Positions 1 to 14,430 of a stretch of DNA of 64,000 nucleotides are shown in pieces. The notes under the pieces are model-generated. The model made no database searches. It was not told the DNA's origin and was given only the letters and a program-made list of their open reading frames with translations. The position numbers and the translations under genes were made by a program. How positions within the stretch are numbered: position 1 is the first letter of the stretch; every line of letters begins with the position of its first letter. The stretch comes from Eledone cirrhosa (taxonomy: Eukaryota): contig OZ024742.1 in NCBI GenBank assembly GCA_964016885.1, forward strand, positions 200,570,001-200,634,000, written 5' to 3'.

Positions 1-530
<530 letters not shown>

Positions 531-865
531 ATATTAGTGTATCCGCGATTTTCTCTTTCATTAAGGAATGTTTAGTTAACAAAATATGATAATACTCCCT
601 CAGTACGCTCTGATTATTTTTACAGATGTAAACGATATTTGCAGTTTATCCTATTCCTTATTACTTTGTTTTTCGCGTTAGCGTAGTAAAATAATTTAAA
701 ACCTTCCGTGCTTTAACTCTGACTACGGCGACGGCAGAGCCGAGTCACTCTCCCTTATGAAAGAACGTACGCTTCAACATTTACCTGGTTAATAGATATT
801 CCAGAAAATGGATTCAACTGAAAACGTATACGTAAATATATATACATGCACACACACATATACAT

Positions 866-912
<47 letters not shown>

Positions 913-983
913 CGTGTGTGTGTATTTGTGTGTGCACATATATTTACGTATACATGTATATATATATATACATATGCATACAG

Positions 984-1015
<32 letters not shown>

Positions 1016-1484
1016 GTATATGTAAGCACATGTAGATCTATATGCATGTATGTATGTTCTGGCTTTATTATTCATAAATTTCCTCCAATAGAGCGAGCGA
1101 GAGAGAGAGAGAGAGAGACGGGGAGAGAGAGAGCGAGAGAGAGAGAGCCGGTTTTAACACAGAAACAAGACTCTTTCATTGGAATTTATACAGCGCCAAC
1201 TAGGTAAATACGTGTGTATATCTACATGTGTGTGTATGTGTGGGGAGAGAGAGAGAAAGAGAGAAAGAGAGAAAGAGAGAAAGAGAGAAAGAGAGAAAGA
1301 GAGAAAAAGAGTGTGTGTGTGTATGTGTGTAGGAGAGAGAGTGTGTGTATGCAGGTATGAATTGCCTGTGTAGATTTCTATGTTTTAAGTTATATGTGTA
1401 CACGTGCGTATGTTTCTGTATCTCTACATGTGCATATGCATATATTACATGCTGAATTTATGAAATGTTTTACATATTTTTCAG

Positions 1485-2030
1485 TTACATTAACTGTATT
1501 TGCAGTTTCCTAATCAGCCATGCTCTTTCTGCTTCTGTGAATCCAAGCTTCTCAAGATTTTTATTGGAGTAGTTAGTAACATATTTCAGAACCCCAATAA
1601 ACACAGGCACAAATCTAAAAGTATAGTCAGGGTGGAGTATCTGCAGATTCCTCATTAGTTCAGAATAAATGTTCTTCTTTTTGCTAATCTTTAGCATTAT
1701 AATGACATCTGCTGGGCAGCTGATTTTTCTACAGTGGATGCCTTCTTTTCTCTGTTCAGTATCTCTATGTCTGATTCGTTGTGTTTGCATTTTATTGGGG
1801 TTTTCACAGGAACATTTCAACAGTACTCTTTTATATTATGTGTACGTATGTCCTCCACATCGTTGTAACATTATATATTCTACGGCCTGCATTGCATAAT
1901 GAGGTAGAGAGTATCATGAAGACATCTTTGAACTGTTGTTTATGACGTGGGTGACAACCTCGATGTTTATTCCACAGTCTACATCTGCTGTCACATGGAA
2001 TATAGGAATATGCATCCTGGCCAAATTCTA
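1485..2030 (-). mobile_element. Decayed 3' fragment of a non-LTR retrotransposon with restriction-like endonuclease (R4/Dong/NeSL-like)
   Basis: ORF 1485..1820 has ISCPAD...KKNIYSEL...FVPVFIG...LEKLG...LQ, preceded by a broken C..E..H zinc-knuckle-like segment. Frameshifts and stops present. Confidence 0.6.
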
Positions 2031-2260
2031 TCGCTATATCTCAAAAGAATGACATAACCAGGTCAAGATTCTTTTCTTCATACCATTTATATTATTAGTG
2101 TTCTCATTAGGTTCGACTACAAATCAGCTAAATGTTAAGTTAGTGTTTTCTGGCACCCTGTGAACTAATAACGAACCCTTCAATTGAGCCTTTGAAATAT
2201 TCGAACTAAATCACGAGTTGATGTTCACCCTGTATATAGGTATGGACGTATGTAGATATA

Positions 2261-2450
2261 TACGAGGGTCAGCTGAAAATCACATAGACTGACTATAATG
2301 GAGTGTTACAAGAGCTGTGTAATCTTGCATGCATTAGATTCAACTCTTCTTATTAATCACTGCATTTTATTTTGCCTGAGACTATGTTGAAAAATAAATC
2401 CTATTTGCTTATTCTATGAGAGTATTTTAATCAGCCTATGAACTTTTCAG
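2261..2450. mobile_element. Mariner-like MITE relic
   Basis: tacgagggtcagctgaaaat..catag.ctga at the left and tcagcctatgaacttttcag at the right form imperfect inverted ends of mariner type. Confidence 0.4.
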
Positions 2451-3041
2451 GCTATGTACAACATAGGTTGACCAATGACGTTTTTTTTTAATTTGGTAGA
2501 AATTATATATACACACACACACGGACAGACTCCCCCTCCCCATATATATCTATATATTAATATTAATTTCAACAACGTCAGTATTTCGGGTGTCATAATT
2601 CACGATTATCATTGGTTCATAGGTTTCAAACGACTCCGCCCACCTCAACGACGCCAAACTTAAATTATGACGCATAATGCCAATGAGGGAGTGAGAGGGG
2701 AGAGTAAGAAACAGAGAGGCAAAGAGAACGATGTAACTATTACCATGTGTGCGTGTGTATGTACGTGCGCGTATGTTTCTGTGTGTGTGCGTGCGTGCAG
2801 CGTTCCACAGAAAGTAAAAACTATCAACATGTGTAAGTGTGTGTAACTGCACGGGCGCGTGTGTAAGTTTGCGTGCGTGTGCGCATTTCCATGCGTGTAT
2901 GTGTGTGTACGTGGGGCGTTCCACAATCGCCACACAGTTTATCTGTCTGTGTGTCTGTCTGTTAGTGTAACATACACAGGGTTGTGAAGGGAGTAAATAG
3001 GGACCCTTTTTTTACATTGACGGACATCTTTTATATTTATT

Positions 3042-3196
3042 ATGCTTTCCAGCATAGAGTTACGGTCCTTGCCATTCTGAGTTCAAATCCCGCCGAGGTT
3101 AACTTTGCCTTTCATCCTTACGGGGTCGATAAAATAAAGTACCAGTAATCCACTGGGTAATTGCTGGCCTTGTGCCAAAAAGTAGAAACAATTATT
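3042..3196 (+). mobile_element. tRNA-derived SINE family A, 5'-truncated copy
   Basis: gagttcaaatcc B-box followed by gttaactttgcctttcatccttacggggtcgataaaataaagtacc; more than 15 related copies in the window. Confidence 0.85.
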
Positions 3197-3406
3197 GTGT
3201 CATTTTTTGACAATTACTCGAAATGAATACTGATAATAAAAGCAATTCGACTTTATCAAACAGTGAACTACAGCGGCGACGGCGTGCAGCCAGGAATGAA
3301 GAGGATCTGGCTGAACAACGCCAACGAAACACTGGAGCCAAGCAGCGACAGCGTGCTGCAATGGTTGAAGACGAACTGGCTGAGCATCATCTTTTATATT
3401 TATTAT

Positions 3407-3764
3407 CTATATCTATATCTACATATAATATAAAAGATTGGAACTTCCATCATCCTTTTGAGAAACGTGGAACAACCGCGTCTATGCAATGATACACGTT
3501 TTATAGTCAGGCAGAAGATGAACCATCTCCTAGAGGTCACTATTCTAGGTGGGAGCACCTAGAATTGTTCATATACTATGCACAAAGGGTACGACGAAGA
3601 ATCTGCTATATCTGGAAGATTTCTTTTACTGTTTTTTGTATCACACAGACACCACGGACTCGCCTCATACTGTAACCAGACAAACATCCAATACAGTCAT
3701 TTTCTCTTTTACCTGTCTTCTCTTATCATCTGCTTACCCAGGCGAAGCTGGGTACGTCAGCTAG
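3407..3764 (+). mobile_element. Short non-autonomous Helitron
   Basis: 5' TCtatatct start; 3' hairpin tacccag-gcgaag-ctgggta (3735-3754) followed by CTAG|T. Internal GAPRIVHILCTKGTTKNLLYLEDF resembles the extreme C-terminus of Helitron PIF1 helicases. Confidence 0.75.
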
Positions 3765-3868
3765 TATATATAATATTGATAATAATAATAATAATGTTCT
3801 TATTGGGTTTAAACTTTATCAGAGGGCTTAAAGCTCGTTGCAGAGCTGATATATTAAGATTATCAAAA

Positions 3869-4039
3869 GCAGTATCGGTAGAGGATCGGACGCCATGCTT
3901 TGCAACATAGAGTTACGCTCCTTTTCGGTCTGAGTTGAAATCCCGCCGAGGTTAACTTTGCTTTTCATCCTTACAGAGTCGATAAAATAAAGTACACTGG
4001 TGTAATTTCTGGCCTTGTGCCAAAAATAGAAACAATTAT
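3869..4039 (+). mobile_element. SINE family A copy
   Basis: Same head, core and tail as 59546-59765. Confidence 0.85.
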
Positions 4040-4211
4040 AAAAGGTAACAATTTTGAACGAATTTTTAAAGTTTCTAGGTTTGTAACTTCACATCTTCGG
4101 GATGAAGCTCTCGCGGCTGAAACGTGTTAGTTTAAATACGTATTGATTCTTTGGTGCCTTTTATAATCTTTATATATATATATATATACATAGATAAATA
4201 CACATAGATAA

Positions 4212-4267
<56 letters not shown>

Positions 4268-4863
4268 TATAAAGAGTCCCCCCCCCGACTATGGTATTTA
4301 CTTCAGTCATTTAACCCCCAACTCGTTATACGTGTGATACGATAGTAACTTTCTCTTGTAACTTATTTAGAAACAACACTAATTACGACAGATAGACAAA
4401 GGATGAAGGTAACAGAAAATGTTATTCCATAGTTTAGATAATAAAGTTTTCATATAATTTAGTATTGCTACTTGATTAGAAATGAAATTATTTTGTTAAT
4501 AGAAGTCTGAGCGTGTGCGTGAGTATGTGTATATATGTGTAACTCTCTCTATATATGTCTCTGTGTGCAACTATGTGTCTGTCTATGTATGTGTACGTGT
4601 GTGTACATGTGAGTATGTTTGTACGTAATGTGGGACACACGAACGCCGTTATTTCTTCTCTTTTCACAAACATTTATTAGGTGAATACGTTTTATATAGG
4701 TGAATGGTGTGGCTTAATGGTTAGTGTATTCGAAGTTCTGTGTCACACAGAATCTCCTTAAGATCAAGGGTAAGGATACACGTGTCTATGACACGTTGAT
4801 AGAACATTTTACACACTCATCGTCGTAACCGATGGTGGCGGAGACACAGACAGACAGACAGAT

Positions 4864-4913
<50 letters not shown>

Positions 4914-5230
4914 ATATACACATACACACAGACATACGCATACACAAACACACACTCACATACACACACGCGCGCACACAATCACAGACACACAAAACAC
5001 TCAGACGTGTCATCGAAATACCCAGCTACTACCACTACAATATACAATATATTACACCGAATCTCCTTCAGAATTTACTTAAGGAACGCCGTAATCGTTT
5101 AATTAATATGTAAAAAGCCAGGTATTCTTACATATTAATTAAACGATGATGCCGTTCCGTTGATTGGCCATTTAAAACACCCAGCGTCGAATAAGATGTC
5201 GGTCCTTTTGTGATGTTTTCACTAATCCAT

Positions 5231-5372
5231 CATAGTTACGTCCCTTTACGGTCTGAGTTCAAATCCCGTCGAGGTTAACTTTGCCTTTCATCCTTATGGG
5301 GCCGAAACAAATAAAGTACCAGTAATGTACTGAGTAATTGCTGGCCTTGTGCCAAAAGTCGAAACATTTATT
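5231..5372 (+). mobile_element. SINE family A copy (truncated)
   Basis: B-box, core and ggccttgtgccaaa tail. Confidence 0.8.
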
Positions 5373-5748
5373 ATTAGTTAGATCAGAAGTTCTCAAATTT
5401 TTGCCACACCCCTCTCAAGGCCATGTAATATCCTCAGCGGGCCTCCACCCTATTTCCAGAGAGACCTGCCGACACACAAATTGTAAATAATTTATAATAA
5501 ATAAACTATATTCTATGTTTAAATGAATATTAAATATTTTTTATGATACTATATTTATATATAATATATATCATTTGATATTTAATATAATATTATGTCA
5601 TCTCTACCGCCTCCTTAGGCTCCAGTTAATTTCTGTAAAGAAATTACATACATACTCAACAAAGCAACAAGCAAAAGTTGTGATCCTGGCATGTATCTAA
5701 CACAAAAACACATACATACATACATATACACACACAAATACACACACA

Positions 5749-5868
<120 letters not shown>

Positions 5869-5917
5869 TATATATATGCATACACACTCATATATATATA
5901 TATATATGTATATATAC

Positions 5918-5955
<38 letters not shown>

Positions 5956-5986
5956 GCAAATGCACACACACATACACATACACATA

Positions 5987-6047
<61 letters not shown>

Positions 6048-6852
6048 ATATACATACGTATATACATATACACATAGACACGCATGCACCCACAAACACA
6101 CACACGCACACACACACATATATATAAATATATATATGCACCTATATGTATATTCATATATACATATATACATTTTCTCTGGTGTTAGGAAAGGTAACGA
6201 AATGAAGCCAAAATCAGTTCTGTATGGGCAAGACATGGTCACTTGACCTGGTATTGCTCACAACAGGACAACCCGTCTAACCCATGCTAGCGTAGAAGAA
6301 TGGACGTAAACCGGTGATGATGATGATGACATATATTAAACAAGAAAAATAGCTTGCGTGATGAGAAAATGTCCGCCTGTTCCGCCTGTTGCGCCAGTTC
6401 TGTGGACAAGCTTATATGTTCGCTGTTGGCTTGCTATCGCATCGTATCGTATTGTTGTTATCAATTGCTAAAGCCGTATCAATCGGCCATCTTGTCGTCT
6501 GCTTCTACAGTCGATATTTTTATCAATGCCTAAAGTAAACAAAGTGTCCACTGTCAATTTCTTAAGGAAGCAGATTCCCAATAATTGAGTTTGTATTGCT
6601 CTGAAAATAGAACGAAACGGGGGAACCTGTATAGACAACTTGCGCGCCATCTTGTTTTGTTTTTTCTTGTTTTTGTTATTCTTTTAATTTTTACTTGGTC
6701 ATTTAATCACACAATTACTTTTCTCTCATTTATCTATCTCTCTGGATGTGTATGTATGTCTGTATGCATGTATGTATGCATGAATGTATGTATGTATGTA
6801 TCTATCTATCTATATCTCTACCTATCTATCTACCTACCTATCTTCCTATCAT

Positions 6853-6937
<85 letters not shown>

Positions 6938-7059
6938 ATAATATCATACATATTTATATACACAGAAACTTACATACATACATCCATACATCCATACATA
7001 CCTATATACTTACAAATATTCATACATACATTCTTATATACATTCTCTCTCTCCCTCCC

Positions 7060-7095
<36 letters not shown>

Positions 7096-7109
7096 CCCTT
7101 TCTCTTTCG

Positions 7110-7159
<50 letters not shown>

Positions 7160-7798
7160 TACAATCATATATATACAATCATATATACATACAAACATCT
7201 TTAAGGCTATGGCATCATTGTGTTTTCCCTCCTTTTCTTCCCGTGGAGAAATCTGATAACAATTCATTATGAGACACACAATAAAAAGCAAAAAACATTC
7301 TTGGAGTTTGTCCAATACCAAAACCAGAACCAATTCTAAATGCTCCTTTTCCTGACACATTTCGGATACTGATTAGAAATCCAGAGGAATTTATTTACCA
7401 ATATTTAATCTCATTTGGGAATAGCAGCAAGGTTGCCCCCTATCAAATGAACACGAAAGAAATAATTAAGAAGAAATAGAACAAAAAAAAAAAAGAGAAA
7501 GAGAAGAGAGAAAAAAGAAATTGGTGCATTTTTATCTTTCTTTAATAAATTGCCAGGTGGACATCGATGACGTAGAGGATCAAATTTAGGCAAGCCAATA
7601 TGATGTATATATATACACACACAGATATATATATATATATACAGATATATAAAAAAAACATATATATACATATATATATTTATATGTATATATATGTATT
7701 TATATATATCTGTGTATATATATTTATTTATATATATCTGTGTATATATATATGTATATCTGTGTGTATATATATGTATATATGTATATATATGTGTA

Positions 7799-7890
<92 letters not shown>

Positions 7891-7894
7891 CGTG

Positions 7895-8310
7895 TGTTGT
7901 CCATCGCCGGCGTGAGCGCTACATTATCTGCATGCTGTGGAAAATATTCCATAACCATTGCCCAAATGATGTTGACATCACATCACCAAGGCTTGGACCA
8001 CATGCTATCTGCCCACAACAAAATTCAAACGCGCAACTCATGGCACAATTATTTCACCTCAATTGGCCCCGCTCTCTTTAACATTCAACCAAAACACATT
8101 AAAACAGAAACAGACCCTATAAAGTTCAAGAAGTCTTTGGGCAAATTACTTCAAGATAAACCTCCCACAACCGGATATGTCTCCGTAAATGTCTTTCTAC
8201 TTGAGTGGGCCATCATTTCCAAATCCTGATTTGAAAGACTTCGCCAGATGATGCTATTAAGTTAGACATGGGCTGGGCCAATACTGGCCGAAGCCTATCA
8301 AGTTATCAGA
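7895..8310 (+). mobile_element. LINE (CR1/L2-group) 3' end fragment
   Basis: [13 protein letters not shown]...[19 protein letters not shown]...LLEW resembles the post-RT C-terminus of CR1/L2-like ORF2. Confidence 0.55.
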
Positions 8311-8313
8311 GTT

Positions 8314-8361
<48 letters not shown>

Positions 8362-8380
8362 ATATATATATATATATATA

Positions 8381-11005
8381 CGTGGAAAAGTAAGAAATCG
8401 GAGTATAGACCGTTAAAACATGTTTATTTAAAACAGCACCTACGTACGTTTCGCCCAGTTGAGCTTGTGAAGGGCATAAATAACCAAAAGTGTTCTTTAC
8501 ATTGCTAGGAAAGTATTTTGGGGTTAAGTTCACGTCATGATTCATTCTTCGCAAAAAAAGCGTGTTTTGATTTTGCAGTAGGGCAAGGGAGGTAACTCTG
8601 GCCGGTGTTAGGGCAGTCTTTACCGGACAAATTTTTTATCCGTTACAAGATGTGGTTACAACCTTACCATTGCCGATACGCACAGGGTCATGTAATCAAC
8701 GCTTATTTTGAGACGTTTGTTTTCCGCACCTGCTTGCCTGGGTCGTTTGAGATTGGGTCTGGGATGCATGGTTAGTTTCCTGGGTGTTTTTTTGCAGCGC
8801 CTGCCCGCCAGGGTGTTAAAGCTTGTTGCAGGGAGATCCGGTACATGGTTTCACTCCTCATCCTTAGCCCATCTGAAGAAGGATATTTTTAAGCGATGTG
8901 TACAACTTATCGTCGTTTCAGCTCTGCTGTTGATGAGCTCGTGGAGTGCAGTTATGATGTGGTAGAGCTCCATGAGGCAAAGATCGCACTTCCTCTTGAA
9001 GTTGTACGGTGCAGCCCTGCCGACAATATCCCAGTGCGTGGAAAAGCTGATGTTTAAGTCTTTTAATGATGTGATGTAGTCCGCGAGCGAAGTGGAGTGT
9101 CTTAATTTCATATTTGTGAAAGAGTGGAGATGTGTTAATTACACTGGCGATAGTATAGGTAGCTTACCACACAATAAATATCACGACCCCGGTGACAGTG
9201 ACCACTGTAGCTTACTCGAATTATTCCCCTACTATAAAATCAACAAAGGCGACGGCCTACTACCAACGCCTTCCAACCAACATCCTCCTGTACATAAACA
9301 TGGAAGAAGGAAGAAGAGTGCACCCGAGCATAAAGTGAAAGGAGCACGTAACGGGCTATAGCGCATTAACATACATAAGAACGGTCACCTTGATGGAACC
9401 ATCCGTAGCAAACGCACAAGGAAACGTAATCACCACCATAACGTCTTATGGTTCCACCCCCACCCCACCCCCCTACTCTCGGAGTGTGGCCTCCAACATA
9501 CCCCGGATATTCTTCGAAGCCTTAGAGAAGAACTTCCCGCCCAACCATAGGTATAGAACAATTCTCAATAGGAACAATATAAAAATATCCTTCTCTACTA
9601 CTCCTAACCCAGCAGACATCATAGGAACAACGAACCACAGTAAGATCACCAAGACACAGCACCTTAGCACAGACGCACCTACACCTGACAAAAACTATAT
9701 CGGCCTTAACAACTCCCTAGCAGCATCCAATAGTGCTGGCAACGGCCTCTACAGACGCAACCAGCATAACCGCGACATGGCTGGGGAACATGCAGGACCT
9801 GACGTGCGCAATAATAACCGTACCACCCCGCGCACAGTGGGTTATAATGGTGCTAACGACAGGTGCGGGAGCGTAGATAACAACGTAGATAGCAACAATG
9901 ACAGCCTTACCGTGGGAAGTGGAAGGAACCGCGACAGAAATTGAAACTGCCGCGACAGGGGACGCTGCCCCCTTAGAGGATACTGCTTGACTGATAGGGT
10001 TATATATAGGTGCACTGTAAGTAGCCACAATAGCGTTAAAAATTATATAGGGGCTACCTCCGGCCCGTTCAAAATTAGATTTCGAACACAACTCCACTCT
10101 TTCACAAATAAGAAATTAAGACACTCCACTTCGCTCGCGGACTACATCACATCATTAAAAGACTTAAACATCAGCTTCTCCACGCACTGGGATATTGTCG
10201 GCAGGGCTGCACCGTACAACTTCAAGAGGAAGTGCGATCTTTGCCTCATGGAGCTCTACCACATCATAACTGCACTCCACGAGCTCATCAACAGCAGAGC
10301 TGAAATGACGATAAGTTGTACACATCACTTAAAAATATCCTTCTTCAGATGGGTTAAGGATGAGGAGTGAAACCGTGTACCGGGTCTCCCTGTAACAAGC
10401 TTTAACACCCCGGCGGGCAGGCGCTGCAAAAAAACACCCAGGAAACTAACCATGCATCCCAGACCCAGCCTCAAACGACCCAGGCAGGCAGGTGCGGAAA
10501 AACAAACGTCTCAAAATAAGCGTCGATTACATGACCCTGTGCGTATCGACAATGGTAAGGTTGTAACCACATCTTTTAACGGATAAAAAGTTTGTCCGGG
10601 AAAGACTGCCCTAACACCGGCCAGAATTACCTCCCTTGATCTACTGCAAAATCAAAACACGCTTTTTTTTGCGAAGAATGAATCATGACGGGAACTTAAC
10701 CCCCAAAACACTTTCCGAGCAATGTAAGGAACACTTTTGGTTATTTATGCCCTTGACAAGCCCAACTGGCCAAAACGTACGTAGGTGCTGTTTTAAATAA
10801 ACATGTTTTAACGGTCTGTACTCCAATTTCTTACTTTTCCACGTGCTTACGCTCTGCTAACTTTCTCGCCCACTAAATATTAACACTTCTAATATTTAAT
10901 ACTGCTGACACTAGTATTGACCACCTTTTGCAAACGCCATTTGGCAAATAACTACATGTATCACCTATCCTTCCTTTTTTTCTCTCTCTCGATACGTAAA
11001 TACTT

Positions 11006-11007
<2 letters not shown>
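8381..11007 (+). mobile_element. Penelope-like element 1: 5'-truncated copy with an inverted copy of its 3' end upstream
   Basis: Thumb/linker (PPYSRSVASNIPRIFF...IKISFSTTPN), then (*)NCRDRGRCPLRGYCL and GIY-YIG endonuclease VIYRC...NYIG...FKIRF...CDLCLME...INSRAE. 8381-9129 is the reverse complement of 10092-10843. (TA)n lies on both sides. Confidence 0.9.
10749..10788 (+). ncRNA. Degenerate minimal hammerhead ribozyme (U3-A8 core) in PLE1 3' region; inverted twin at 8436-8475
   Basis: Consensus of the two copies: gccc-TTGACAA-gccc aact gggc-GAAA-cgtacg-TA-gg. Each copy has one core substitution. Confidence 0.6.
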
Positions 11008-11042
<35 letters not shown>

Positions 11043-11203
11043 AACCAGTAAGACACCGACGGCTGAGCTCAAGCCGTTTCGACGGCTAATTCTAGAGCTC
11101 AGCCGTCGGGGTCTTACTGGTTCCTATTACCCACTCTACTACCCTAAGTATTGAGTACTTTGGTGCGTTATGGTCCACCTGGTTCCTTACCACATTTCCT
11201 TCG

Positions 11204-11269
<66 letters not shown>

Positions 11270-12196
11270 AGATCAAAAGATGGTTAAATGAGTTCCATGT
11301 ATTTTATTATGCGCATTTCAAAAACAAATATCATCATGCAATAACATTTGTGTTTTCATCAGATAAAATAGGAGGACATGATATGAAGGTTAAAAACACT
11401 TGTGGATAGTGCAGTTTTAAATCAACATATGAAAAGTAGTTTTAGATTGATGTGTGATATTGAGGAAACATTTTTTTTTTGAGGGGGGGGGGGTGGAAAG
11501 GATGAAAAAGAGGAGGAGATGAGAGTAAAAAGTTGAGGGGGAGGAGTATAATGAGGAAGGATGAGATAGGAGGAGAGATGGCTGATAGAGAGAGAGAGAT
11601 AGCTTTTATAACTGAGAAAAATATATTGTTTTACATAGAGAGGTTGAAAAACCGTTGGAAGATAATGTATAAATTAAAAGAATTTGAAAATTAACGAAGA
11701 GAAAACTAATGTAAAGTTAAGGTTTGTATATTGAAGGGTTTAATAATATGTGCGATCAAAAGAAATTGTTAATATGTATTAAGAATAATTTTAAGGGTTT
11801 AATAATATGTGCGATGGAAAGAAAATGTTGATATGTATTATTAAAAAAACAGAAGTAATGTAAGTAAGGATATATTGTGAGATGAGCATGAATAAGTTAG
11901 ATGAAAGTGTGAAAAAAATAATGAATAGAGGATGAATAATCTAACGTCAAAAAAAATGTTTATGTTTATGAAAGATTTTTTCAAGGTGATATAAAGTAAG
12001 AATATAGTGTATTGTGTAATAATTGTTTCTATGTTAGGCACAGTGAGAAAAGGTACAGATTAGGGGTTAGAAATTAAAAGAAAAAGAAAAGAAAAGGAAA
12101 AGGAAAAGGAAGAAAGGGAAGTGATGAATATGAATGATATAGAATATGATAAATAACTTTGAAATAAGGTAGAAAGATGGGTATATTTTTAAAGAA

Positions 12197-12255
<59 letters not shown>

Positions 12256-14430
12256 CCTTTGAGAAAAGGATTCTGAATTGATAAAGTTTAGGATATTAGC
12301 TGTATACTTTATGGAAAGTTCTGTGGAATTTATGCAAGCAGATAGAAAATAAGTCAGTGCGTCTATTTATTATAGAATCTAAATTAGATATAATGGTAAA
12401 TTTTTCATTCAGACAGAGATTGCAAGTCTTGGATAGAGAACTGTTCAAGCATGAAGAAGCAGAGGAAACCTTTTTCCAAGAGATGTTATATTTAATATTT
12501 TTGTCTTTCAAGGACCATATGAGTTCTGAGAGAGCCGTGTTGGTTCTTTTAAGTTTATATTTAAAAGACGAATGATGATTATAAAGACGAGCTTTAAAGG
12601 AGGTGGAAGTGGAGCCAAAATAGGTGAAGGAATTGGTGTCAGTTATAACTTTAATTCATAAATTAAGTTTTTATCAAGGCAATGGTTGTTGAGAGGACAT
12701 TTATTTTTAGCAGGGCAATTGCAATTGCGATTAGAGAGATTATTAACGAGTGACCTAGTGTTATCTATAGAAGGAATTGGATTGGAGAAGTTATTTGCGA
12801 TAGGAATAATAGTTTCTTGATTTAGAATGGGATTAAGAACATTTAGCGAAGCTGTGTTTGACGTTGAATTTGGGATTGTAGAAATTAGCCTAGGGTTTAC
12901 AATGACGTCGGGAGTACTATTACTATTATTATGATATTCAGTGTTGGAAGGAAGAGATTTAGTATTTAGTATTTTATTGTTGTGTTTAGAGATAATGTTG
13001 GAAATGTTGGAGGATGTCGAATAGGAAAATTTTATAGTGTGTTTGTTAAATATTTTACTATAGATATGTGAGGGAGGGAAGCATTTATTTAAGGCACTAA
13101 AGAATAATTTAGGAATATTATTATTAATAGAGATGGAGAAAGGAGCATTATACCAGATTATGTTTTTGTATCTAGGTCTTTTATTAAAGTTATTGGAATG
13201 ATCATGATTAATTATTCTACTGTAAGATTTTCTAGAATTTGTTTCTTTATTATATTTGATTTTATCAGGATAGCCGGCTTTAGAAAGCGCGTTATTATAG
13301 TAATTGGCGTTAGCATCGAAGATGTTTTTATTAGAAGATAGGTTAGATATTCTTTTTCCAATATTACTAACTATAGCATTCTTAATATTAGTAGGGTGGT
13401 TAAATTTAAAATTAACATAATTTAGGTTCTCATTGTTTTTATGGTATGGGTAATATAGGCCAGTGTCAAGATTAATAGATACATCCAAGAAATTAGCTAG
13501 TTTGATGCTGTTATCAAATTCAATTTTTAGGTTATGTTGGTTAAAGAGATTACGTATATTGTTCTTAATAATATTAAGGTTAACTATGTTGCAATTTAAG
13601 ATAGTAAAGAGTCCATCGTCACGTTAAATTCCACCACGAAGTTGAGGAATTTTGCGACTCAAAGAGTTCAAAATAAAGATACCAATTAAATCTGTCAATT
13701 GGGATGAATCGGATGCTCCCATTGTGATGTCGAAGTTGTTAGAGGTATCAGCTCTGGTCCAATATTCATTGTTGAACTCAAGGATGGTTTTACGTGCGGT
13801 GAGAATGATGTGAAGTTCATCTGTGGTGATGTCAGAATATTTAAATGCGAAAGATAGAGCATTGTTGAGAAGTGAAGGCGAAATAGAAGAATAGTAGCTG
13901 GCAATATCAAATTGAACAAATTTTAGTTTGTTTTTATTATTCAATTTGTTGAACCAGTCAATCACTTCAGAAGTACCAAACCATAAATTTAAGTTCAAAG
14001 AAGAGCAATTAGAACGAACCTGTGGGATAATTCTATCCAAGATGGCTTTAGTAACAACCCCCAGATCTGATTTAGAGGAGGCGATTAATCTAACAGGTAG
14101 TTCAGTGCGAAAATTGTTTTTGTGATCCTTGAGATTTATCCTCAGAGTTCTTGGGAGGAATGGTTCGGTCTTTTTTCCGATGCCAAGTTTTGACATGATC
14201 TCAGAGGCTTCAAAGTTTATGGATTCTAAATTATCATGGTTGGTTTTACGATATTTTTTCCTAAGTTCCTTTAGGATAAGGTTGTTATAATTATCCTTGG
14301 AAATACCATATAAATTATTGGTTTTGTCAGAGTGGACTAAAACCTTTTTTGAGGAATTTAGGTTTGAAATTGTGTTCTTGAGATTTACAAGGTGCTTGAG
14401 ATTTACAAGGTGCTTGAGATTTACATGGAA
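11270..14430 (-). mobile_element. Penelope-like element 2: RT plus GIY-YIG pseudogene and 3' region
   Basis: RT motifs QFDIASYYSSI, FDITMGASD and GGI*RDDGL (YRDD with TAA at Tyr); FLDVSINL; CNCPAKNKCPLNNHCL; frameshifted GIY-YIG (IYELK..TYFGST..FKARLYNH..CNLCLNEK..INRRTD). The boundary below 12290 is approximate. Confidence 0.9.

Noticed and set aside
4095-4132. Hammerhead-like GGGATGA..GAAA (also partial motifs at 32496 and 46365)
   Set aside because: Core or stems are incomplete; cannot be supported as ribozymes.
10684-10720. SECIS candidate in the PLE1 3' region
   Set aside because: Helix II is only about 5 bp and is not preserved in the inverted copy.
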